Positions 1-8,862 of a stretch of DNA of 19,765 nt are shown here, piece by piece; the first letter of the stretch is position 1; each line of letters opens with the position of its first letter. The translations under genes were made by a program, and so were the position numbers. Location of the stretch: NCBI RefSeq assembly GCF_006345805.1, contig NW_021824166.1, positions 1 to 19,765 on the forward strand, read 5' to 3'. The DNA is from Octopus sinensis (lineage: Eukaryota). The notes beneath the pieces were generated by a model. That model searched no databases. It was not told where the DNA came from and saw nothing but the letters and a program-made list of their open reading frames with translations.

Positions 1-164
1 TCCCTGCTGTACTCTTTCGCCACAACTTTCACTCTTTCTTCTGTTGGCCTGCTCGCTTAGCCAACAGGGTTGCGTCAGTTGGAGGCTAAAAGAATGCGTA
101 ACGCATTGTGACCAGCGATGTGTAGCAACATCTGATAGCCTGGTCGGTTACGGTGATCACGGTG
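1..164 (+). mobile_element. 3' part of a tRNA-derived SINE (head lies upstream of the window)
   Basis: 2-41 (ccctgctgtactctttcgccacaactttcactctttcttc) matches the reverse complement of 10435-10478, inside the full SINE at 10224-10619. It ends in ggtgatcacggtgat running into (TA)n. Confidence 0.7.
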
Positions 165-334
165 ATATATATATATATATAACAATAAGAGAGAATCCAC
201 TATGTGGACGCTCTAACGCTAGATATAGATCCGCAAAGGGAATACGCCACCAAAGAATTGTTCTCAAGAATTAATTCAACGCGCCAAGAACGTAAGCGAG
301 CAGGACAAATGAAAAATAACGTAAAAATAGATTA

Positions 335-410
335 ACTCTATACAATTGTTTCATCGTTAATCGATTATGTAATTTTACTTACATAAGTATTTTCGAATCG
401 TCAGTAGAGT
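335..410 (-). ncRNA. Minimal type-I hammerhead ribozyme, canonical core
   Basis: Minus strand reads actcta-CTGACGA-ttcg[...ttatgtaa/ttacataa...]cgat-GAAA-caattg-TA-tagagt. Perfect 6-bp stem I, CUGANGA and GAAA boxes, palindromic loop-less stem III (ACAAUUGU), GUA cleavage triplet. Confidence 0.85.
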
Positions 411-593
411 ACATCAGAATATAATTTGTCGAACCGTACGGCAAAATCCACACGATGTTGACCAGAGACGAACGGTACAGCCGATTATATTCACAGTTAC
501 ATTCAAATGCCCTCATTGTGGCGCGCTAAATCACCGGATGTAAATACTGCCTAAGTAGTTTACTGCCGTTTTGAGAATATATTAATTTATAAT

Positions 594-728
594 TAAAGTC
601 CAAATAAGGGTGAAAGAATTGAATATTAATTAGTAACATCAATTCAAACACCTTTGTATTAATAACTTTTACTGTATCCCAGTTGTTACTAATTAATATT
701 CAATCCTTTCACCCTTATTTTGACTTTA
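594..728. repeat. 45-bp inverted repeat (594-638 / 684-728), 45-bp spacer
   Basis: taaagtccaaataagggtgaaagaattgaatattaattagtaaca versus the reverse complement of tgttactaattaatattcaatcctttcacccttattttgacttta: 2 mismatches by eye. Confidence 0.95.
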
Positions 729-738
729 TATATATATA

Positions 739-1597
739 TCTCTTATTATAAAAGGCAGATTTTATCTGCCTCCCTTTGTCTCTTATAGAAATCTACAATA
801 TAGGATTTCTTCAATTACAATTTACCAGCATTTTTAAGAGTAGAATAAATCGGGTCGTGCCAGGTCCTTTTTTTAAAATTTCAACCCTAATTAAGCAAAA
901 TTTAGAGAAAACTCACATTGTGGTGTGTAAGTCAAGTGCTTTTCTTAGTGTGGGCTATAGCACACGCACACACACACACAAAAAGGGAGCGATCTGCTTC
1001 ACTCACGCTATCACTCTAATTTCTACTCCTTTCTCTTTGCAAGTGTGCAACGATTAAAGTGAAACTATTTCTATAAAACGAGAGAAGTGTACCTTAAACC
1101 ACTACTAAAAAAAAACACAGCAAACAGAAACAAATAAATACATAACGATTTACTCCTCACACAATTTCTTCAATTAGAGTTTACCCATGATTTTTCAAAG
1201 TACTCCCATTGGGTCATGCCATACAAAATTTATTTCAATTTTACCCCCAATTAAGACAAAATTCGAGAAAACTCAATATTTTAACATTTCACTCCGAAAG
1301 CATTGATGTACATGTGTGCGTGCGTGAGTGTGTGTGTGTCATTCCTCACACACACGCATACACATACATATATGACAGTGACAAACACAAACGTTTCAAA
1401 CAACTACATACAGACACGTGTGTGTTTGTTATTAGTAAAATAGGCGCCAAACACAACTCACTTCTCATTCCAACACATTTGCAAAGACACACGGACGGTC
1501 GAATTGCTATAACAATACAGAAAAGGTAATTGGTTTTTAATTTACTTTCTGTCGTTAAATTTTGGTAGTATTAATTGGCGAGCCGAGCTTCTTTCAG
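739..1597 (+). mobile_element. Probable non-autonomous Helitron-like element
   Basis: Starts A|TCtcttattataaaag, similar to the 5' end of the Helitron at 1874. Has a subterminal hairpin aggcagat-ttt-atctgcct and a diverged internal direct repeat (805-916 vs 1164-1276). The 3' end is degenerate: weak hairpin ttggc-ga-gccga, then ...ttcag|t instead of CTAG. Confidence 0.5.
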
Positions 1598-1873
1598 TAT
1601 ATATTTATACATACATAAATATATACAACATATTCTGTATATATTTTATTATATAATATTATATATAGATATATGTATATATAATTGCAGTATGAAACAG
1701 TGTTTATGTATAAACAGACGACACTTATATATTTAGTTATTAATAAATGTATGCATCCGTTTAAAAGAAAAACCAAAAAATATTTTATTCTTTATAAATG
1801 TTGTGTTCAAAATAACATTTTCTTTTAAGAATGTGTATATAACAAAGTTATGTATATAACTACGTGGCTTATA

Positions 1874-2260
1874 TCTTTGTATATAAAAGTGAAGTTGTGT
1901 GTCTGTCTCCTACGGTTTAGATTCCTAACTACTCCCACATTTTGCGGTGCAGTTTAACCAAAGCGGGTATCTTATAGTCGTGATTCATATCGAGCCTTCT
2001 GGGTATTAGCGCACGTCTACGATGAGTCTACGATTTAAAAAAATTTACCATAATATTTTTCCATTTTAATAATGCATTTTTTCGCTATTATATAAGGGAA
2101 GTAACTCTCTAAAAATATCTACGATGTGTCAACGATTAAAAAAAAATATGTACCATAATTTTTTTTCCATTTTTAATGCATTTTTTGGCTATAACTCTCT
2201 AAAAATGCTTATATAGTTATTTCCCTTACAAACCCGAGCAACGCCGGGCGATACTGCTAG
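1874..2260 (+). mobile_element. Non-autonomous Helitron
   Basis: 5' A|TC (tctttgtatataaaag). 3' GC hairpin cccg-agcaacgc-cggg (2233-2248) shortly before the terminal CTAG|T. No TSD; inserted in an A|T dinucleotide. Internal ~100-bp tandem duplication (2016-2117, 2118-2206). Confidence 0.85.
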
Positions 2261-2285
2261 TATATATATATATATATATATATAT

Positions 2286-2580
2286 TTAAGGTTAATCCAA
2301 ACGAGAAAACAGAAAAAACAACAACACAAGGAGGTGGAACAATTAAAGTATTATTATTAGGCGCTCTGGAAAAAGGGATGACGTTTCGAGCGGAGCTCTT
2401 CGTCGGAAACATAAGAGAAAGAAAGATCCCGAGGCGGGCGAACGGAGGGAAAAACAAACGCGACTGGTTTTTACAAAGTAAACATGCTGAAAGGCCGGAG
2501 GTTTTGGACAACAGGGGCAGGTTTTTAAAGACAGGAGAGCGGAAAAAAGAAGGTTGGTAACAACTCGATGAATGGGAAGA
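2286..2580 (-). mobile_element. Penelope-like pseudo-LTR remnant with variant hammerhead (may extend through the microsatellite to ~4020)
   Basis: Abuts (TA)n at 2261-2285. Minus strand 2380-2406 reads CCGACGA-agagc-tcc-gctc-GAAA-cg-TC. Shares motifs (aggtgg, cgctc(a/t)ggaa, cgtttcgagc...gctcttc) with 9045-9244. Confidence 0.6.
2376..2410 (-). ncRNA. Degenerate minimal hammerhead (U4C core, stem I broken)
   Basis: gttt-CCGACGA-a-gagc-tcc-gctc-GAAA-cg-TC-atcc. Stem II, GAAA, palindromic ACGU stem III and the GUC triplet are present. The stem I arms do not pair in this copy. Confidence 0.5.
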
Positions 2581-2583
2581 ATA

Positions 2584-4047
2584 ATGTGTATGTGTGAGTG
2601 TGTACGTGTGCGTGTGTGTATGTGTGTGTAAGGCGAGAAAAAATATACGTATATGTTAGTGCGTGCGTCTGTGTGTAAGTGTGTGTACGTAGGGCGAAAG
2701 GTGGTCGACATAGCAGTCGCAGGTCTGTGGTCAGTGGTAAAAGAAGGAAGGAGGGAATGTGTGGGGGCGTATGTACGTCCCGTGTGTGTGTTGAGTTGTA
2801 GTGTGTGTGTGTCCAGTGTGCGTAGTTGTATGTATGGCAAGTAAATTTGAAGTGTGTATAAGTGTATGTATATATATATATGCAAATGTGTGTGCGTGAG
2901 TGCGAGGGAGTGAGTGTATGTATGTGTGTGCGTGTGTGTAAAAAAAGTAGGGGTATTATATGTGTGTGTATATATAAGCATGCAAGGAAACAAACTGCAA
3001 CTGACGGAAAGATGGAAAAATGCTCCCGCGGTGACAGGCGTAAGAGAAACCCAAGAAACACGCTGGCCCCAGGTACGAACAAGAGATCTAGTCGGAACCC
3101 ACGGGCGTGGTGCATGCATGTATGTGCGCGCGCCTGCGAATGTGTGTGTAAGTATGTGTGTGTGTGGATGTGTGAGTGTGTCTGTGTGTATGTCTGGGTG
3201 TCTGTGTGTCCGATTGAATGTATGTAAGTATGTGTGTGTATATGTGTGTGTATAGATGTATGTCCGTGTGTATGTGTGTGTGTATGTGTATGAGTGTGTA
3301 TGTGTGTATGTGTGTGTGTATGTGTGGAAGTGTGTGTATGTGCATGTGTGTGCGCGTGCATGCGAGTGTGTGAGTAAGTGTGTGTGTGTGTATGTATGTG
3401 TGAGTGTGTATGAATGTATGTCTGTGTATAGGATGTATGTATGTGTATGGGTGTATGTATGTATGTATGTGTGTGTGTATGTGTGGAAGTGTGTATGTGT
3501 ATGTATGTATGTATGTATGTGTGTGTGTATGTATGTATGTGTACGTGTGTGTGTGTGTGTATGCATGTATGCGTACATGCGTGTAGGTGTGCGCGTGTGC
3601 ATGCATGCATGTGCGTATGTATGTGTGTGTGTGTGCATGTGTGTAAGTATATATGTATGTGCGTATATGTGTGTGTATGTGCGTACATGTCTGTGTGTGT
3701 ATGCATGTATGTGTATGTAGGTGTGTAGGCGTGTGTGTATAGGTGTATGTGTGTATGTATGTATGGGTGTGTGTCTGTGTATGTTTGTGTATGTGTGTAT
3801 GTATGTGTGTATGTATGGGTGAGGGTATGAGTGTATGTAAGTGTGTGTGTAAGTATGTAATATATGTATGTATGCGTGTGTGTGCGTGTGTATGCGTGTG
3901 GGAGTGTAGGTGTGTGTGTGCGTGTATGTGTGCGTGTGCGTGTATATGTTGGTGTGTGTGTATGTGAGTGTGAGTGTATGGGTGTGTGTCATGCATGTGT
4001 GTGCGCGTGCAGGCGAGTGTGATAATATATATATATATATATATATA

Positions 4048-4090
<43 letters not shown>

Positions 4091-4092
4091 GA
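2584..4092. repeat. Long compound microsatellite (TG/TATG/TGCG)n with unique islands, ending in (TA)n(GA)n
   Basis: Seen directly. Unique islands at ~2630-2780 and ~2940-3110. Source of the 610/393/339-aa His-Thr-Tyr ORF artefacts. Confidence 0.95.
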
Positions 4093-4799
4093 GGTATACA
4101 TGCACACACATTAATTTTATGTTCTTTCTTGTATTTAGCATAAAAGAAAATAATTCCACTCGTATATAAATACAATCGAAGAAATATTTACTATGCAACC
4201 AACTGTTATATTACCATGATTTGTCGAGGCTTGATAGTGACTGCTCGATTTTGTTCTGTGAGGAAGGGCAGAGAAATGTACTTACTGTTTTCTCATTCAC
4301 TTCTAACCGACGTATATAAGAATATTAAGCATCCATTTTACAATTAGAAAACCTGTCAGTCATAAACACATTATGATAAACTGTACAAACAACATTTTGA
4401 GACAGTTACACAAATAAACAACTAGTTATACCTACAAGCAATCCAATAGGCCAACGATGTGATAAAATAACTTAGAAGTAATTATGCAAATAATTAAATA
4501 ATAATCAATGACTGGTTATTGATTATCCTCTTTACATTGTGATTTCAAACACACGTACACACACACATACCCGCGCATATATATGTCGAAATATTTATAC
4601 ATACACATACACACATGTATATATAAAATTGACATCGTAACGTTCATAGACACACAGACAACTAGAGTACATAATAAAAGTTCGATAACCGAAAGAAACG
4701 CGTTGAATATTTATAACATAACGGAATTTCGCTTTAAAAGCAACCATTATTATCGAGGTAGAATTTGTTATGAATAGAATCGAAAAGAAATGCTTTATA

Positions 4800-4975
4800 A
4801 ATTAAACACAAGGTCCAAAACAATTACAGCGTAGAAGACACATATTAGTCGTCCAAAACACACAGGTACTGTTAACTTCACTTCAACATTAAGTGTCAAA
4901 ATTTTCACTGCACCAACAGCGACCTGGTCACTAACACAGTTCCAATACAAATGGTTTGAAACGAGGTTATTAAAT
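4800..4975 (-). mobile_element. Short Penelope-like/retrozyme-like cassette around a variant hammerhead
   Basis: Non-repetitive block between TA-rich flanks with a hammerhead-like fold ~100 nt from its 3' end, the same geometry as the other cassettes. Boundaries approximate. Confidence 0.4.
4893..4937 (-). ncRNA. Hammerhead-like motif with swapped 3-8 pair (GUGACCA core)
   Basis: Minus strand: gtgtta-GTGACCA-ggtcgctgttggtgcagt-GAAA-at-TT-tgacac. 6-bp stem I (one G-U), 7-nt core with C3G+G8C, GAAA, palindromic AAUU stem III, UUU triplet. Stem II is imperfect. Confidence 0.5.
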
Positions 4976-5018
4976 ATATATAGGCTTATATAGATAACAT
5001 ATATATATATACTATATA

Positions 5019-5193
5019 GGTGTAGGAGTGGCTGTGTGGTAAGTAGGTTACTTACCAACCAAATGGTTCCGGGTTCAGTCCCACTGCGCGGCAACTATAG
5101 TTCTTCTACTATAGCCACCTCGGGCCGACCAAAGCCTTGTGAATGGATTTGGTAGACAGAATCTGAAAGAAGCCCGTCGTATATAAGTATATG

Positions 5194-5228
<35 letters not shown>
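5019..5228 (+). mobile_element. tRNA-derived SINE, 5' half followed by (TA)n(TG)n
   Basis: A-box-like gtggctgtgtggt and B-box-like ggttcagtccc. Homologous to the reverse complement of 5677-5784. Confidence 0.85.
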
Positions 5229-5241
5229 CAGATCCTCTTGT

Positions 5242-5282
5242 CGGTAACTGATGAAGAATAAATCTTCAGCGTCTGTTTGCCG
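5242..5282 (+). ncRNA. Decayed type-I hammerhead (GAAA box deleted)
   Basis: cggtaa-CTGATGA-aga-ataaa-tctt-[no GAAA]-cag-cgt-ctg-t-ttgccg. Stem I (cggtaa/ttgccg), the core box, a short stem II and stem III (cag/ctg) are in the right order. Confidence 0.5.
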
Positions 5283-5364
5283 TTCGTCTGTGCATTTAGC
5301 ATATTGTATAACTTGCCATTCTGTGTATGTTTTTCGTTTGTGCATTTACTATACATTTTTTAAA

Positions 5365-5383
5365 ACACACGCGCGCGCCCGCC

Positions 5384-5422
<39 letters not shown>

Positions 5423-5430
5423 ATATATGC
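5365..5430. repeat. (CA)n/(CG)n microsatellite
   Basis: Seen directly. Confidence 0.95.
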
Positions 5431-5469
5431 AAACACATGCTTATGTGTGTGTCAGTGTACAACCTATAT

Positions 5470-5786
5470 TCATTTGTTCATGTATTTGTTTCAGTCAGTT
5501 GCTGGGGCACCGCCTTTTAGTCGAGCAAATCGAACCGAAGACTTATTCTATCGGTCTATCTTGCCGAACCGCTAAGTGACGGGAACGTAAACACACCAGC
5601 ATCGGTTGTCAAGCGATGTTGGGGGGGACAAACACAGACACACAAACACATACATACATACGTACATACAGAAGACTTTGGTCGGCGCGAGGTTATAGTA
5701 AAAAAACACTTGCCCAAGGTGCCACGCAGTGGGACTGAACCCGGCACAATGTGGTTGGTAAGCAAGCTACTTACCACACAGCCAGT
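5470..5786 (-). mobile_element. Near full-length tRNA-derived SINE (same family as 5019)
   Basis: Minus strand: tggctgtgtggtaagtagc...gggttcagtccc head, CORE-like ccttgggcaagt, internal (TATG)/(TG) tract, then a body (ttagcggttcggcaag...accgatagaataag) also present at 13540, 13880 and 17040. Confidence 0.85.
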
Positions 5787-5859
5787 GTGCATGTATGTAA
5801 GAGAGAGAGACAGTGAGAGAGACAGACAGACAAACACAGAAAATGTTTCAGGGTTACAA

Positions 5860-6560
5860 ATATGTCTTTCCATCTCTATTTATATCAATCAGTCGTTCTG
5901 GTCGTCATTGCTTGATGCCTATAATCGATCAGTTAACTTGGCTTTGGTTGTGTTTCATGCACCCTTTTCTTATTCTCATTGGGATGTCCCACCACGTTGT
6001 ATAATATAAATATGTAGATTATTTATTCCAAGCCGCAGGTTGTGTGACGAAAATTTTGAGACTAATTAATAAATGTTTAAATGCTTTTTGTATTTTTGAA
6101 TGGGTAATATGTGGCCCATACGTTGCATTTGTTTTAGTCTCAGCACCGCATCTCATCAAATCATTTGCAAGGCAAATACATCAGAAGCCAAGGTCCACAA
6201 CTAACGGTATGATGTGTACAGGGGCAAATGTCAAAGGTGTTTCTTAATGCAGCTCGGAGTAGTTGAGTAAATGTTCATTTGGTGAATCTTCTGTCGATGA
6301 AATAACATTTCTGTAGCGTGTGTTTCGGCTCTCTAAATACAACGACGTTTATTATCACTAGTCAACAGGAAGGTGTAGTGTCCATGATGCTTTGCGAGGC
6401 CACCAAGACTGGTGCAAATGAGTGTTCTTCACAGAAGGGACCAAGTGGCAGGTGGTGGTCTTAGAAAGAGCCGTTTTATTGATTGATCCACTTATCTACC
6501 GAGCCCATTTCTTAGATCACCTTTACCGCCTTCCTTAACCGAAAAGGACAGGGATTTAGC
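5860..6560 (-). pseudogene. Possible heavily decayed Tc1/mariner (DD37D/maT-like) transposase
   Basis: Manual minus-strand translation, with frameshifts, gives colinear fragments: FLLTSDNKRRCI*RA (~6325-6370), FIDRRFT (~6281-6301; cf. FTDEKxFT), LWTLASD (~6180-6200; cf. VWxxVASDG), GAETKTNATY (~6118-6147), PERLIDINRDG (~5869-5901). No TIRs identified. Confidence 0.35.
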
Positions 6561-7254
6561 GCCGCCTTGTCACTACGATAAAAGACAATGCATCTAGGGC
6601 GAGATTAACAGGGCTAAGGGAAGACATTTTTCATTCCTTCAAATTCCGATGAGAGCAGGGGAGGGATGTTTCGATATCATAACTTTGCTTAAACGTGTGT
6701 AAGAATGGCGAATAAGAATGACGTCGATAGGTAAACTCACAGCATGCGATTGTAAACAGGAGAATTGAGCTGAGAGGGATTTTATTTCTATCATTAGCAA
6801 TATGGGTGATAATCGTTCTATGAGGTTGCTTCTTTTGCAACAGGTAGCTGACCTCTAAAAGTACTTTTCAATGCATTTTCTTTTAATATATTGTTGATTT
6901 TTATACCTGTGCTTTCATAATCGATCTAATGGGAATCCTTAATTCTTTTTAAATTACTCCCGCTATATGCTATCACTCGATCAGCTTTCGGTAATCAGAG
7001 AAATATTTTTTGTGTTAAGATGTTCTTTGTGAAACCATTATCACGCTGATATGATAAGGCACACACACACCCAGCGTTGCTTAAGTTTTGAATAGATTGC
7101 GAAAGCTCGTCATAACGCAATCAATTTTCCATTTATCTCCTTTTTACACAGATGTCAATAAACGTGTCTTTAATGGAAAAATAAATTTACGTTACGCAAC
7201 TCCACTTCACGGCAAGGTTTTCCGAGCGCAAAGTTTCGGTAATGCAACGGAAGG

Positions 7255-7418
7255 CACACACACATACACACATTCATACACACACACACATACACACACA
7301 ATCGCGTACACACACAAACACAATCGCGTACACACACACAAGCACACACATAAACAGAAACAACACACACATACACATACACACACATGCACACACACAC
7401 ACACATGCACATACACAC
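7255..7418. repeat. Imperfect (CA)n microsatellite
   Basis: Seen directly; includes a duplicated caatcgcgtacacacacaa. Confidence 0.9.
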
Positions 7419-7419
7419 T

Positions 7420-7603
7420 GAGCACTGGCTGCGCTTCTTAACTGGGCTATCGCGGAGCACATCAAGTTCGAGATAACCTCTGCAGGCGTGGACTGACCGA
7501 AATGGGCGCAGAACAACGAACCCGTACTGCATGCACTCGTGCAGTGTTAACGCATTCATGACTTGTTAAGTTACGTCGAACAGCACTTACCCCATGTGGT
7601 AGA
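7420..7603 (+). mobile_element. L1/Tx1-clade LINE ORF2 C-terminal zinc-finger (zf-RVT-like) remnant
   Basis: From 7448 YRGAHQVRDNLCRRG; after a frameshift (7494) *PKWAQNNEPVLHALVQC*RIHDLLSYVEQ, a decayed form of CPxC...ETxxHxxxxC...W. Confidence 0.65.
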
Positions 7604-7660
7604 AATCAGTTAAGATAGGAAGCCATGAGAGACAAAGCCTTGTACAACATCAGGACATCT
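7604..7660 (-). mobile_element. Terminal fragment of the 555-bp element at 15658
   Basis: Reverse complement atgtcctgatgttgtacaaggctttgtctctcatggcttcctatcttaactgatt aligns with atgccctgatgcagtaccaggaagtgactcgtggcttctcaacttaactgatt (15660-15712). Confidence 0.7.
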
Positions 7661-7661
7661 T

Positions 7662-8862
7662 CATTATTACTATTATTCAGTAGTCTTATTTTTACAACGT
7701 GCTTTCACTGCACTAACAAACACAGCTCTGTGTGCCTTGGGTATGTGCTATGGTTTGTTGTGATGCTCTTATTTTTACTGTATTGAAAATGTTTTACGTT
7801 TGATGTGTGCGGTGCCTAGTAGGGCTATTTTCTGTATGTTATATATATTTGTCAATCCTGGTGTTTTTGCTATGTATTTGTCTGAATGTATATTTTTTAA
7901 AATCATGCCTAATTCACCTACTATTATAAGAACTGTTTTTATTTTAAAGCTCCGTTCGAGTTACCTCTGTTTCCAGATCTTTCTATTTTGAAAGTTTCTC
8001 CGTTTCTTTTTGAGAAACATTGTCAGCTGTTGGTATTGATACATCGATTAGAAAGCATAATTTTTCTTGGTGATTTCTAACAGCCATATCCGGCCTAATT
8101 TCTCTATCTTTGTGTACTGGCATATCTCAAAGTATGGATACTTCCTTATTTTCTGTTACCTTTCCTGGGGTGTACCTATACCATCTTTTTCGTCTTGTTA
8201 TTCCATAGTGTTGGCATAACTCCCAGTGTATATAGGTCCCACCTCAGTCGCGTCTGTGAGTCTATTACTTCTTAACCAGAACTGGGCAGCCAGAGACAAT
8301 ATGGTTTATTGTTTCCTGTCCATTTCCACATATTCTACAGCTGCTTGTTTTTTTCATTTCGTTATATATTTTTGGTTATTTCTGGTTGGACGGCTTTGGT
8401 CTTGTGCTGCGATTGAGTCCTGAGCTTCTCAGCCATTGTTTGGAGTTTGCTTTCACTATTTCTTTCCTGTTTATTTTAACCAAGTACTTGCCCTGAAGGA
8501 GCTTTTCTGGCCATCGTTTTATCATGACCTATTGCTGTTCCAGTTTTAGATTAGATTGCAATTGTTTTACAGTTTTTTGTTTGTTTCTTCTTTCTCTTCA
8601 TAGTTGTTAGATACTATGATTTCTTTGTGGTAGTTATCAGCTCCTTTAAAGACTGAAAGCAGGTTTTTGTTTGTTCGTGTTTTGTGGCTCTTCTGAAGTA
8701 GGTATTTCCGTAGGCCTGTGGTGGTTATTTTGTCATAGTTTTCTAGATGTAAAAGGCCTGTACTACCTTCGATGTGTTGTATATTTATAACCTTTCTATT
8801 TGGTGGTGCATCCTGAATTCTGTCATTATTTCTCGTTTCCCTGTCTATTTTGAATAGTTCAT
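7662..8862 (-). mobile_element. 5'-truncated RLE-type LINE (R4/Dong-like), family A: RT C-terminus, CCHC knuckle, restriction-like endonuclease, 3' UTR, (TAA)n tail
   Basis: Minus-strand translation with stops and frameshifts: MTEFRMHH..., IAAQDQS, CRICGNGQETINHIVSGCPVL, WYRYTPGKVTENKEVSIL, RPDMAVRNHQEKLCFLIDVSIPTADNV, IQKIALLGTAHI. Stop at 7775-7777; short TAA tail at 7662-7678. Confidence 0.9.

Larger units (their letters stand above)
181..728 (-). mobile_element. Penelope-like element / retrozyme-type non-coding remnant with hammerhead and terminal inverted segment
   Basis: Bounded by (TA)n at 165-180 and 727-739. Contains a minimal type-I hammerhead (335-410, minus strand) and a 45-bp inverted repeat at the far end; both are typical of PLE pseudo-LTR insertions. 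Confidence 0.6.

Noticed and set aside
2343-4175. 610-aa, 393-aa and 339-aa ORFs and their overlapping plus-strand ORFs
   Set aside because: Translations of (CA)/(TACA) microsatellite, which lacks stops in several frames; His/Thr/Tyr or Val/Cys/Met only, with no domain.
4680-4708. GAAACGCGTT hammerhead-like 3' half
   Set aside because: No CUGANGA-like box or stem II upstream.
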